DNA of 64,000 bases from Felis catus (Eukaryota): NCBI RefSeq assembly GCF_018350175.1, contig NC_058383.1, positions 22,012,001 through 22,076,000 on the forward strand. Reading direction: 5' to 3'. This document shows, one piece after another, positions 38,785-50,682 of this stretch. The notes below the pieces were generated by a model. The model made no database searches, was not told the DNA's origin, and saw only the letters and a program-made list of their open reading frames with translations. Both the position numbers and the translations under genes were made by a program. Positions within the stretch are counted from its first letter, which is position 1. Every line of letters begins with the position of its first letter.

Positions 38785-40184
38785 TGGCACAAAAACAGAC
38801 ACATAGACCAATGGAATAGAATAGAAACCCCAGAACTAGACCCACAAACGTATGGCCAACTCATCTTTGACAAAGCAGGGAAGAACATCCAATGGAAAAA
38901 AGACAGCCTCTTTAACAAATGGTGCTGGGAGAACTGGACAGCAACATGCAGAAGGTTGAAACTAGACCACTTTCTCACACCATTCACAAAAATAAACTCA
39001 AAATGGATAAAGGACCTAAATGTGAGACAGGAAACCATCAAAACCTTAGAGGAGAAAGCAGGAAAAGACCTCTCTGACCTCAGCCGTAGCAATCTCTTAC
39101 TCGACACATCCCCAAAGGCAAGGGAATTAAAAGCAAAAGTGAATTACTGGGACCTTATGAAGATAAAAAGCTTCTGCACAGCAAAGGAAACAACCAACAA
39201 AACTAAAAGGCAACCAACGGAATGGGAAAAGATATTCGCAAATGACATATCGGACAAAGGGCTAGTATCCAAAATCTATAAAGAGCTCACCAAACTCCAC
39301 ACCCGAAAAACAAATAACCCAGTGAAGAAATGGGCAGAAAACATGAATAGACACTTCTCTAAAGAAGACATCCGGATGGCCAACAGGCACATGAAAAGAT
39401 GTTCAGCGTCGCTCCTCATCAGGGAAATACAAATCAAAACCACACTCAGGTATCACCTCACGCCAGTCAGAGTGGCCAAAATGAACAAATCAGGAGACTA
39501 TAGATGCTGGAGAGGATGTGGAGAAACGGGAACCCTCTTGCACTGTTGGTGGGAATGCAAATTGGTGCAGCCGCTCTGGAAAGCAGTGTGGAGGTTCCTC
39601 AGAAAATTAAAAATAGACCTACCCTATGACCCAGCAATAGCACTGCTAGGAATTTATCCAAGGGATACAGGAGTACTGATGCATAGGGCCACTTGTACCC
39701 CAATGTTCATAGCAGCACTCTCAACAATAGCCAAATTATGGAAAGAGCCTAAATGTCCATCAACTGATGAATGGATAAAGAAATTGTGGTTTATATACAC
39801 AATGGAGTACTACGTGGCAACGAGAAAAAATGAAATATGGCCTTTTGTAGCAACGTGGATGGATCTGGAGAGTGTGATGCTAAGTGAAATAAGCCATACA
39901 GAGAAAGACAGATACCATATGGTTTCACTCTTATGTGGACCCTGAGAAATTAACAGGAACCCATGGGGGAGGGGAAGGAAAAAAAAAAAAAAACAGGTTA
40001 GAGTGGGAGAGAGCCAAAGCATAAGAGACTCTTAAAAACTGAGAACAAACTGAGGGTTGATGGGGGGTGGGAGGGAGGAGAGGGTGGGTGATGGGTATTG
40101 AGGAGGGCACCTTTTGGGATGAGCACTGGGTGTTGTTGGAAACCAATTTGTCAATAAATTTCATATAAAAAATAAAAAAAAAAT
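38785..40184 (+). mobile_element. Young 5'-truncated LINE-1 (3' part of ORF2 + 3'UTR + A-tail)
   Basis: Uninterrupted frame 38785-39945 ([14 protein letters not shown]...[18 protein letters not shown], the L1 ORF2 cysteine-rich C-terminus). G-rich 3'UTR, AATAAA and A-tail. Perfect 14-bp TSD AAAATTCATTTTGC at 38771-38784 and 40185-40198 at a TTTT/AAAA endonuclease site. Confidence 0.97.
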
Positions 40185-41200
40185 AAAATTCATTTTGCAA
40201 ATATTAAACTCGACTGCATGTTAATACAAACAACATATTTCTATGGAAAATAGCGATATTTACCACCCTCCCTCCCCCCAAAAAGTAGAGGAGTGTTGTT
40301 TGTTTTTACATTTTTGCAAATCTCTTTAATGTCTGCCTTAATAGAAGACAGGTTCTCGTATCTACTTCTGTATTTGACCTGCTGCCAAATGTTTTGGTCG
40401 AAGCACAGGAAGAAAACGCAGCCTCACACAAATATGTGGTTGGGAAACACACGAGTATCTGAATAGCCTTCAGACATGATTGTGGATATTCTTCTTTGAT
40501 ATGACACCAAAACTCAACAAGAACTGATTTCTTAAAGGCTGGTGACTATGTGGAATCTGAAACCATATTAATTAACTTTTCATGTTCTTACCCACTAAAA
40601 TCTTTGTTCTAATCCTGTATTTTGACCAAATCTTTTACCCAGGGATAATTTTTTAAGTAGGCTCCATGCCCAATATGGGGCTTGAACTCATGACCCTGAG
40701 AGATCAAGAGTCATGTGTTCTACCAAGTGAGCCAGCCGGGCACCCCCAGAAATAATTTTTAACATGATGCATTGGTCCTTTGAGAAATATTGGTTCACTG
40801 AGTTACACGGGTCTTCCAAATTTGGCACATTTCTTGACACAATATAAAAAAAAAATCACATTCACTCACAGGGGCAGATACAAGCAAAATTGTAATTTTC
40901 ATTTGAAATCTTGAATTTTACCCTTGGCAACAAATGCCATCAGTGGCTTTCCTCGAAGTGACAGGATCACTTAGCTCATTTTCAAGAAAATGTCTGCCAA
41001 ATATCCAAGACCAAATAACCATCATTTGCCTGTCAGTCATTCTTTCAAGTGAATGTGGTGTTTCATGGGAAAAAAAAGCAGCTAGCTCAGCACACAACTC
41101 AGTTGCACAAATGCCTTTGCTGGAGACCAGCAGTGTAGCCAGTGAAGAGCTTTTGTGTGCTTCCCATGTTGTTACATGTAAGGCTTGAGATTTCATAAAA

Positions 41201-41427
41201 ATTTTTTTTTAATTTTTTTTTCAACGTTTATTTATTTATTTTGGGACAGAGAGAGACAGAGCATGAACGGGGGAGGGGCAGAGAGAGAGGGAGACACAGA
41301 ATCGGAAACAGGCTCCAGGCTCTGAGCCATCAGCCCAGAGCCTGACGCAGGGCTCGAACTCACGGACCGCGAGATCGTGACCTGGCTGAAGTCGGACGCT
41401 TAACCGATTGCGCCACCCAGGTGCCCC
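41201..41427 (-). mobile_element. Young Can-SINE (SINEC_Fc-like)
   Basis: CpGs largely retained; perfect TSD GAGATTTCATAAAA at 41187-41200 and 41428-41441. Confidence 0.95.
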
Positions 41428-42058
41428 GAGATTTCATAAAATTTAATAAGGACACTTTGAAGGGACACTAGTGTTTTCTTGCACTGTGAGTTAGCGATGG
41501 TGATAAACACAGTGACAGCTAGTGTGGATGGGTGCTACTGCCTTTATTCGAGCTCAGGTTCCAGTAGTGTCACCCACTGTTGGCTTTGGCATCATTGGTG
41601 CAAATGTCAACACAATGAAAAAGGCAGATCACATCTAATTATTGCTCTGAGATAGTCTTGACCTTGCAGACTCGCGGCCATGAAATGGTCTTGGGAGGCC
41701 TTCCTTAGCCCCTGGAGTTAACAACACATGCTCTGAGAACACTGAACTATCACAACAGGTGGGGTTGAATCCCACCTCTACCACTCACTAGCTGTGAGAC
41801 TTTGGAAGTTATTATGCTGAGTTCCCCTTGTTCATCAGTAAAATGGGTGTAATACCCCATGGGGCCCTTGAGAGAACTAAGTGAGATGATGCATGTAAAC
41901 ACTCAGTATGCACCTGCTATTGTTATCTATCAAGGTTCTAATGGAACTAATGGTTCCTCAGTGTGGCTTATCTGGGGGACATTCTAGAATACACATTTCT
42001 TAAAATTTTGACCACCTCATCAACCAGTATGAAAAGAACCTGGCTTAAGATCACTAGT

Positions 42059-42200
42059 TGGGTTCTGTGCTGACAGCTCAGAGCCTGGAGGCTTCTTCGA
42101 ATCCTGTGTCTCCCTCTCTCTCTGCCCCTCCCCTGCTCATATTCAGCCTCTCTCTCTCTCTCTCTCTCTCAAAAATTAATACAACATTAAAAAAAATTAA
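42059..42200 (+). mobile_element. 5'-truncated Can-SINE
   Basis: TCTGTGCTGACAGCTCAGAGCCTGGAG, (CT)n and A-tail. Confidence 0.85.
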
Positions 42201-43469
42201 AGATGTGTCACTAGAGACCATGAATCTGATTCCTTGGTAGGATCTCCGTCAGCTGTATCACTGGCTTTGCTCCTAGAAAGCAAAGATGCGAAGATTTGTG
42301 AGGGTCAGGGGACTAGCAGAATAGTGGTAACCATGGCCTGGAGAGTTCCTTGCTGTGGACAGAACTACGAACATGGGCAGACATTGCCCAGTGTCAGACA
42401 CTGTTCTATGTGTTGTACAGATATTCGCTCATCAAATACCCATAGCAACCTCTGGGTGGTACAATAAGAACCTCCCTTTTACAGATGAGGAAAGAGACAC
42501 AGAAAGGTTAAGTAACATTGGTATACTGTCGTGCACTGTTATACACTGTTGACCTTGGGATGTGAGCCCAAGCAACCTGACTGTAGAGGTGAGCTCTTAA
42601 CTACTACACTATACTAGGAAAGCAGAAAAAAAGGAGAGGCGTAGGTAATGGCTTTTCCAGAAGGTTCTTTCCTCCACCACAGGACTTATATTTAAAAAGC
42701 ACAATTTTGCTCTGAAATAACCTGTTAAGAAACCCTTTGAGTCACTCAGAAACTCTAAGAAAAATGAAAACTGTACCAAAAAGCATAGTGCAATGCAGAT
42801 AAATATATGGCATGATTTTGAACAACTGGTTAAGTGTTAGAAAAAAAAGATTCCATTTGGACCTTTTTTTTTTTGAATGGCTATAAGACTGTGACATTGA
42901 AACCACAAAAAGGAAAATGAAATCCTAGAAAACAACTTAGATTTGCACTGAACATTGTCCACCTAATCATAATAATTTCATTGGCCTTCAAACTTCAGAA
43001 TCGACCTGTAGCCCCAGCATGGGAGGCACTGGCATAGATACAGAACAAAATGCAAACAGAATGAATTCTTGACAATGTAAAAGTAAAAATACAACTAACA
43101 GATATGGGTGAGTGGAAGGGACAATGTGGACACCGTCATTCCAGAAAGGGGAAGCTGAGACATTCTATCCAAGGTGGATGGGGAAAGAAATAAAGATTTA
43201 TGTTATCTTTAGAAATTGGAAAGGTAATCAATACAGAGGGTGGAGTGATTTAGCTAATCCTCCTCTATTATGGCAGGAAGTCGATAGATTGTAAATCAAG
43301 AAATAGAGGATAAACATGTTATTTAGACATACAGATGTAACCACTGGGAGAACCAAATCAGAAATGGTTAAAGAGGAAACAAAAATCTTGCTCTGAGGAA
43401 GAGAACTTGGGGTAGGGGGAGTAAGTACCCCTGAGGCAGATGCTCGTCATTAAAAGCCCTTCTGGATGA

Positions 43470-43600
43470 TTTAATTTTTTAAGTAGGCTCCATGCCTAGC
43501 GAGCAGCCCAACGCGGGGCCCAAACTCATGACCCTGAGATCAAAACCTGAGCTGAAATCAAGAGTCGGATGCTCAACTGACTGAGCCACCCAGGCGCCTC
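43470..43600 (-). mobile_element. Short tRNA-derived carnivore SINE (similar copies at about 30930-31018 and 40650-40747)
   Basis: ACTCATGACCCTGAGATCAA...ACTGAGCCACCCAGGCGCC without a (CT)n tract. Confidence 0.8.
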
Positions 43601-45039
43601 TACATGATCTAATTTTAAACATAATGCGCATGATTAAATGCCTTCATAAATTATAAGATAATTTTTAAAAGCTTTTTGAGTAAATTGTGAAGAATTTGAA
43701 CTGGAGGAGAAAAACACACCCTTTCCCATCTCTTTCACACAGTAGAGCACAAAGACAGGGAAATGATATTTATTACAAATTCACCAAACTGGAAGTAATA
43801 GTCCTTTCGGGGCAAGGGGATGAGATTCCAGTGATGTGGATCCAGCACAGAGGAAAGCTTGCCTGGCCTGTTTTGTTTTAAAAGTTTATATTGAGAATGC
43901 GTTTTGTGTTACTTGTATGTTACCAGTGTTTTAAGAAAATACAATAAGAAAAATATGCCACTCAAGAAACATGACAAAAATCAAATATCCAGGTTTTTTT
44001 TTAAAAGACAGTTTAAAATTTTAACCAATGTGTGTAGTCACTCAATTTGTCTCCATGGATTTTTCTAGAAGTAGGCTATTGTCCTGCTTTCTTTCCCCTC
44101 TGCTTAAGGATAAGAAACCAGGAACTCTGAATTCGTTTCTACTCCAGCCCCCAGCACTTAGGAGAAGTCAGTTCTCCTCTGTGTGACCTACACAGCCTTT
44201 CGGTGAGTGCATTTGGCAAATGTGTTTTGAGCGCTTACTGTAGGTCAGGCTCCTTGGAGACATACAAGCCCGAAGAGAACGTTCTGTGGCAAGCCCCTTC
44301 TCCCCGTGACTAATACAGGACCCTTGCTCCATGTTCTGAGAGTCATCCGGTCCGAGAGACATCCTGGTCTGTTCACCTGGATACACTCTCTCAGCATCTT
44401 TCCTACGCATTTCTGGACTTACCAAAGATTCTGAGAACTTGTCTACTTTACTCTCTGCTGAGTCCTCAGCGCCTAGAACACAGTAAGTGCTCGCTAAGGA
44501 CTTGGAGAGCAGGGGATCCAGGATGGATCTACCCCGGCTGCAAACCACTCACTTCCCACCTCCCATTGGATCTCCAGGCTGAGAAGAGGGACCAGCCCGG
44601 GAGGAGGCGTTAGCCTGGGCTGGAGAAGGGCGAGGATCTGAGTTAGGAGGGGCTGCCCACTGGGAGGGGTGAGTCTAAGAATTTTGCAAGATTTGCTCAA
44701 CGTTAGAAACTTCCATGTCACTATCATCCACCCCATTTCCCCACAATAAGAGATACAATACTGAAAACAGTAAGGGGCCAAGAGCTTGCTTTCAGGGGAA
44801 GAGGTAAGATGAGGGTGAAGAGGTGCTATTCCACTGTGACCAGTTTTCTACAAGCACCAGGGCAAGGTGAGGCAAAAACTTAGAAGACTAGGGTCGAAGT
44901 TCGTGCCTGTGGGAAGCCAGGGAGGTCACAGGACAAAGCACTTCTTTTATCAAGCAGCAAAGAACTCCATTGAGGAGGAAACCCAGACCGTGGCAAATTG
45001 AAGAACGTGTCAGTTGTGGGCTTAAAACCTCCAAAGCCT

Positions 45040-45345
45040 TCCAGTTCACCCAGAGTCAAAGTCAAAGTTCTTACAACATCTTTCAAGGCCTTATACAATC
45101 TGGTATCTAGCCCCCTCGACTGATGTACTTGCTCCTCTGAGCTCATCCTCTTCAGCCACAGTGGCTCCCTTGCTCCTTGAGCACCCCAGTCACATCCCAC
45201 CACTGGGCCTTTGCACTTGCTGTTTTTTTCCCCCTGTCTGGAATGATCTTTCTCCCAGTAGCTGCCTGGCTTGGCTCCTCATCTCCTTTATACCTGGGGT
45301 TAAATGTCACCTTCTCAGGGAAGCCCACCTTGATCACACTACACT
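45040..45345 (+). mobile_element. L2 LINE 3' fragment (others at about 9640-9965 +, 14070-14410 -, 36080-36450 +)
   Basis: GGGCCTTTGCACTTGCTGTT...CTGGAATG...AAATGTCACCTTCTCAGGGAAGCC is typical of L2. Confidence 0.75.
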
Positions 45346-46764
45346 TTCACCCTCCTTCCTGCTCCCGTGCATCTTCCAGCTTTTGGACAGTTTGGAGAAA
45401 GTCCATAGCGCTGGGCTGGGACTCTCCATTACCTAGGCTAAAGGGATGGCCTCGCAGCCCAGCCCCAGGGACTGTGACTGGAAAATCATCTTTGGAGGTG
45501 GCCCAGCATGAATTTTCCTTGGTTCAGACCTTATGATCTCTTGGAACCTAACCCCTGCCATCCCCCCAGCACACGGGAGCTGAGCCATCACTCACCACAG
45601 AGCGAAAAAGCAGAGAAGAGCAATTATTATGCTGTGCAGCAGACCTTTGACTCAGATTAACATCACTGCCTGTTGATTTGATCTTTTTATTTTTCTCTAA
45701 ACACTTAGAGCATTTTGATCACAAGCCGGATTCATCTCTGGTGAAAAATACTATTTTGAAAAACCAGGACTTACATGGTAGTATATATTTTAAGGCATTT
45801 TCAGCTGATAAACCGCTAATTGGTACTGCAGTCCTGTAATTTGCAAAGGGTCAAAACGATTTGTTGTAAATACACATCTGTATTGACCGCGGCATGCCAA
45901 AACCAGCTTCCACAGGTGAAGCAGAATTTTGCAAGGCTGAGATGTGGAAGACACTTCAACAGTTACCCATGATTTTTGGAACTATTTTAACAGGTGGGTG
46001 TTATTGTATTGCAAGACAGCTTTGCCTCATGCTGAATGGCACATGCCACGGAATACAGAGTGGTGGAGATACCATTTCCTAAACACGCAGGTAACTGAAT
46101 ATACATAGAATCTGAAGCACAAGGGATGGAAACAGGGTCTGATGGATTTGTGCACACTATGTCCCCACAACATGTATTTACTTTTTTCTCTCCCCGAGTG
46201 TGCACCCAGAGTATTGCAAGAATTTGAAATGAGACTATTGAACTACTCTGGATAATCTTTGAGGGAAAAGATGGGAAATAAGGGACAGACAAATAATGTT
46301 GAGATATTCAACATAGTGACGTCAGTCTTCCTCAAAAGACACGCTTACTGAATTGCTAACAGTCATGGCAGAGATTATAGGATATATTATTTTAAAAGTG
46401 GTTTGTGAACGCTTAAGAGCAGAACAGTGACTGGTAGGGATTAGCATGGGTTCACCAGGAGAAGCTCAAGGTAATTGAATTACCCACCCTGAAGCGACAA
46501 ATTCAATGAATATTTATTGAGTATCTAGTATGTTCCAGTTCTAGGTGGTTCAGCAAAATGTGGTGGGTAGAGCTGTTTGATAATATTTCTTAAAACGCAC
46601 AGGCTGAAAGGTAGATACATGGTGTCAGGTTTTGCCTGCCCCAATCTCATCCCAGGTGCCCACTTCTGTCCTCTCCAAGCCCAAGGTCATCAAGACCCAG
46701 GCCTGGTGGTGTATTGGTCTGCTGCATATCTAGTGGGTGTTTGTGCTCCTCGAAGATGACTTCA

Positions 46765-46960
46765 GGGGTGCCTGGGTGGCTCAGTCGGTTAAGTGTCTGC
46801 CTGCAGCTCAGGTCATGGTCTTGCCTTTGGTGATTTTGAGCCCTACATCAGGCTCTCTGCTATCAGCAAGGAGCCTGCTTAGGATCCTGTCTCCCTCTCT
46901 CTGCTCCTTCCCCACTCTCTGTCTTTCTCAAAAATAAATAAACATTAAAAAAAAATATAT
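46765..46960 (+). mobile_element. Can-SINE
   Basis: GGGGTGCCTGGGTGGCTCAGTCGGTTAAG head and AAAATAAATAAACATTAAAA tail. Confidence 0.9.
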
Positions 46961-47269
46961 ATATATATGGTTTCCGCCTTTCTGAGTGCTGCGTGAGAAT
47001 CAGGCTGCAGATCCCGAAGTAACAACAATCTACACCAGAACTTGATTCCTGCCTGACACAGAGGCGAAAGCTCAGAGAAGTCAAACAAATGATGGGTCCT
47101 CAGGAAGTGGGACAGCCATGAACCTAGTGGCTTCCCCAAGTTTGCAGACACTCAAGTGCAACGTAGAAGATGCAATGATCTCCAGTGGTTTGCTTACTTG
47201 CATCTAATCAGGTTCTTTAAGAAACTCTGTTCTTCTCACTTCCAAACCATTGGTGTTGCCATTGAAAAA

Positions 47270-47317
<48 letters not shown>

Positions 47318-47321
47318 CACA

Positions 47322-47556
47322 GGGCGCCTGGGTGGCTCAGTCGGTTGAACGTCTGACTCCTGATTTTGGCTCAGGTCATGATCTCACGGTTGCAACATGA
47401 AGCCCCACATCGGGCTCTGTGCAGAGCATGGGGACTGCTTGGGATTCTCTCTCTCCCTCTCCCTCTGACCCTCCCCTGCTCCTGCACACACACACACATA
47501 TACACACACTATCTCTCTCTCTCTCTCTCAAAATAAACATTAAAAACAATTTTTTA
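47322..47556 (+). mobile_element. Can-SINE preceded by (CA)n (47272-47316)
   Basis: Head, body and tail visible. Confidence 0.9.
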
Positions 47557-48197
47557 AAATTTACATTTGATTTAAAGAGGTGGTGTTTCTCAGAAGCCCA
47601 GTGCTACAGTATCTGAATCTTGTTAGCTTTACAATTTCTTTTCCTTGACCTTGCTGGATTTAGAGTAAACATTGGGAAAGGTTGGGATAATTCTTTTTCA
47701 CAGTTGTTTCCGTTGTTGAATGGCTCAGAGCCAGTGACTAACACCAAACACTCCTTGGCACAGGAGTGAGCTGGTTGGAAGAGACCTGTCCGTCAGGCCC
47801 CAGGCCCTTCAATGAAGGCAGTGCAGTGTGGTGGTTCAGGTGAAGCTTCTGGCGATGACATTGGCAGGTGACCCAAAGCAAGTGAGTTACTTCTATGAGC
47901 CTCAGTCTCCTTGTGGGTGGAGCAGGTCTGCTAACAGTACATAGGACTATTATGAGTTGCATCTATTTACCCTAAATGCTTATCCAAGTGCATGGAATAC
48001 AGTCATGAAAGGCAGCACAGGGTAGGGTTGGAATACCAGCTCTGCCTCTTACTAACCATGGACTCTCTGGGTCTCCATTCTCTCCTTTGCAAAATGGGGA
48101 TAAAAACAGTATCTACCTCCTGAAGAAGTAACAAGGATCAAACCATATTTGTCAAACACTCACTTAGAACAGTGGCTGGTATATAGTATGTGTCTGG

Positions 48198-48224
48198 GTT
48201 TTTTTTTAAGTTTATTTATTTATT

Positions 48225-48274
<50 letters not shown>

Positions 48275-48403
48275 CAGGGTAGGGACAGAGAGAGAGGAAG
48301 AGAGAGAGAATCCCAAGCAGGCTCCGCACTGTCAGCACAGAGCCCAACGTGGGGCTTGAACTCACAAACCGTGAGCCCATGACCACAGAACCACTGAGGC
48401 GCC
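48198..48403 (-). mobile_element. Can-SINE
   Basis: T-tail, long (GA)n and antisense body. Confidence 0.88.
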
Positions 48404-49555
48404 TCTACGGTATGTGTCTGTTAAGTAAGTAAATAAATGCTCAGGATTTAGCCCAGACGTGAACGTTCAGTCGGCCCCAGTAATCGTAGCTTGGTACACG
48501 CAAGGCGTTCGTTAAGTGTCAGTTATTTCTTATTTCCTTGGCCCTTCCGGGTTCTCATGGCCCAGCATCTCCTTTTCCAGCTTCCTTGGAAGCAGTCCCC
48601 AGGATCTATAATTGACACCTGCCCTGTTTCCTGATTCCAGGAGGGAGGGCAGGCCTATCCTGGAGGTGTGTCCTCTTATGCAAGCCTCTTGGGCTGGAGA
48701 GCTGCTAGTCTAGACTTTACTGTTCATCTACATCATTTTGGAGCAAGCCTCAAGAGACCCTTAAAATGCTAGTCAAATCCTGACAACTTCTTCAATCTCT
48801 GCTTTTCTTTCCAATTTTCACCAGCCCCTCTGCTCCTTGCCCCCCAAGCGTCAGTGCTCCCTAGGGTTTTGTCATTTTCCCTGTTTATATTCATTGGCTT
48901 TTCTCTGGCCCTTCTTGTGTGCTTTCATGTCTTCAGTTTCCACCTATGTTTAGGTGATCCTAAGGTCATGCCTGGTTTCACCTCTGACCTAAGCTCTACA
49001 GTACTGATCCTTAACATTTTGGAGGATGCAACTTTCTCCCTAAAAGCACCTATTTACGTGACATTTTTCTTCAAGTTTCATGAACTACTGAACCTCATGT
49101 ATGGAGCAAATGGAGGGGAACTGCTGTCTAGACTTCCAATACCAGCTGCCTGTTTTTTGTGGACATCGGTTTCTTTACCCTCACTTACTCAGTAGCCATC
49201 TATGATTGACTCCACCTTCACCCTAGTCTCTAGGGTCCTGTTCTTTCCACTGCCATCAGAACACTGGCTCCTAAAGTTTCCCCCTTTTGCCAGCGCTGAC
49301 AGATGCTGTTCCCTGCATACCTGGGCAGGGGTTGCATTTTCCTGGAGACCTTTAAGAGGGAAGGATCTCACTGACTTTCTTCCACCCTCTCCAAGTCTCA
49401 GGAAGAAGTGAAGTACTACCTAGGCAAAGAACTAAGTGCCAGTTCTCCCAGAAAGAGAAGAGGATGCACAGAATACCTGGTGAGATGAAGAGTCTATGAT
49501 GAAGGCAAATAGTACAACCACCTCTCCCAACCCAATATTCTTTTATGAAAAAGAC

Positions 49556-49776
49556 TATTTTTTTTTACATTTATTTATTTTTGAGAGACAGAGTGAGACA
49601 GAGCACGAGCAGGGGAGGGGCAGAGAGAGAGAAGGAGACACAGAATCTGAAGGAGCTTCCACACTCTGAGCAAGCAGTCAGCACACAGCTTGATGTGGAG
49701 CTCGAACCCACAAACCGCGAGATCATGACCCGAGCCGAAGTCGGACGCCCAGCCAACTGAGCCACCCAGGCTCCCC
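49556..49776 (-). mobile_element. Can-SINE
   Basis: Antisense full-length body. Confidence 0.9.
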
Positions 49777-49864
49777 CGCCCCCAATATTCTTGAGAAAAC
49801 AAAGGCTACTTCCAGAAATAAAATGTTGTTATGGATTCCTACATGCCTCTCCAGTGAGATATAA

Positions 49865-50195
49865 CAGGAGTTGGCAAACTTTACTTCTTCTGTAAAGGGC
49901 CAGACAGTAAATATTTTAGGCTTTGCAGGCCAAGCAGCAAAATTGAGGATACTATGTAGGTACATATGCAACAAGAGAGAAAACAAATTTCCATAAAATT
50001 TTTATTGGCAACGTTCAGAAGTACAGATGCTTAAATTTGAATTTCTCATCATTTTTATGTGTCATGAAATATTATTGGATATTATTTAATTTTTTCAACT
50101 ACTTAAAAATGTACAACACATTCTTAGTTTGTGGGTTGTACAAAAATAGTAAAAGGGCTGAATTTGGCCCATGGGCTATAGTTTGCCAACCCCTG
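49865..50195. mobile_element. MER58-type hAT MITE with TIRs and 8-bp TSD
   Basis: TIRs CAGGAGTTGGCAAACT / AGTTTGCCAACCCCTG (15/16). Flanks AGATATAA and AGATATAG (7/8). Confidence 0.9.
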
Positions 50196-50471
50196 AGATA
50201 TAGTTACGTATCATGGTAGATATATACTACTGTGTTTTCGGCTTCCAGAATTTTAGAGACAAAGCATGAGGATATATACCCTGTCTATTGAAGAGTGTCA
50301 AATGAGTGGAGTGTAAGTGTGTAACTTTTATTTTAGCTTTCAACTGTGTTATATCTAATCTCTTATTTCCTTAATGATATTTTGGGCAGATGTCAAAACT
50401 TTCCAGTCACTTGTGCCTGTTAAAACATCCAGATTGCAATGCTCTATCCATGTTTGTCCCTCTTAAAAAAA

Positions 50472-50682
50472 TTTTTTTTAACATTTATTCATTTTTGAGA
50501 CAGAGAGAGACAGTGCGTCAGTGGGGGAGGGGCAGAGAGAGAGGGAGACACAGAATCCGAAGCAGGCTCCAGGCTTGGAGCTGTCAGTAGACAGCCTGAT
50601 ACGGGGCTCGAACCCACAAACCATGAGATCATGACCTGAGCTGAAGTCCAACGCTTAACCCACTGAGCCACCCAGGCGTCCC
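50472..50682 (-). mobile_element. Can-SINE
   Basis: Antisense full-length body; TCCCTCTT flanks. Confidence 0.9.

Larger units (their letters stand above)
38633..41744. mobile_element. Old hAT DNA transposon (Charlie1-like), interrupted by the L1 and two SINEs
   Basis: Left end CAGCCATTCTC...TTTTTGATCTCAGGACCCCTTT and right end TGAGAACACTG resemble Charlie1 termini. About 1.3-1.4 kb remains after removing the inserts. Confidence 0.65.

Noticed and set aside
38956..39945. 329-aa ORF as a host gene
   Set aside because: It is the C-terminal part of L1 ORF2 in a truncated insertion lacking promoter, EN and RT core.
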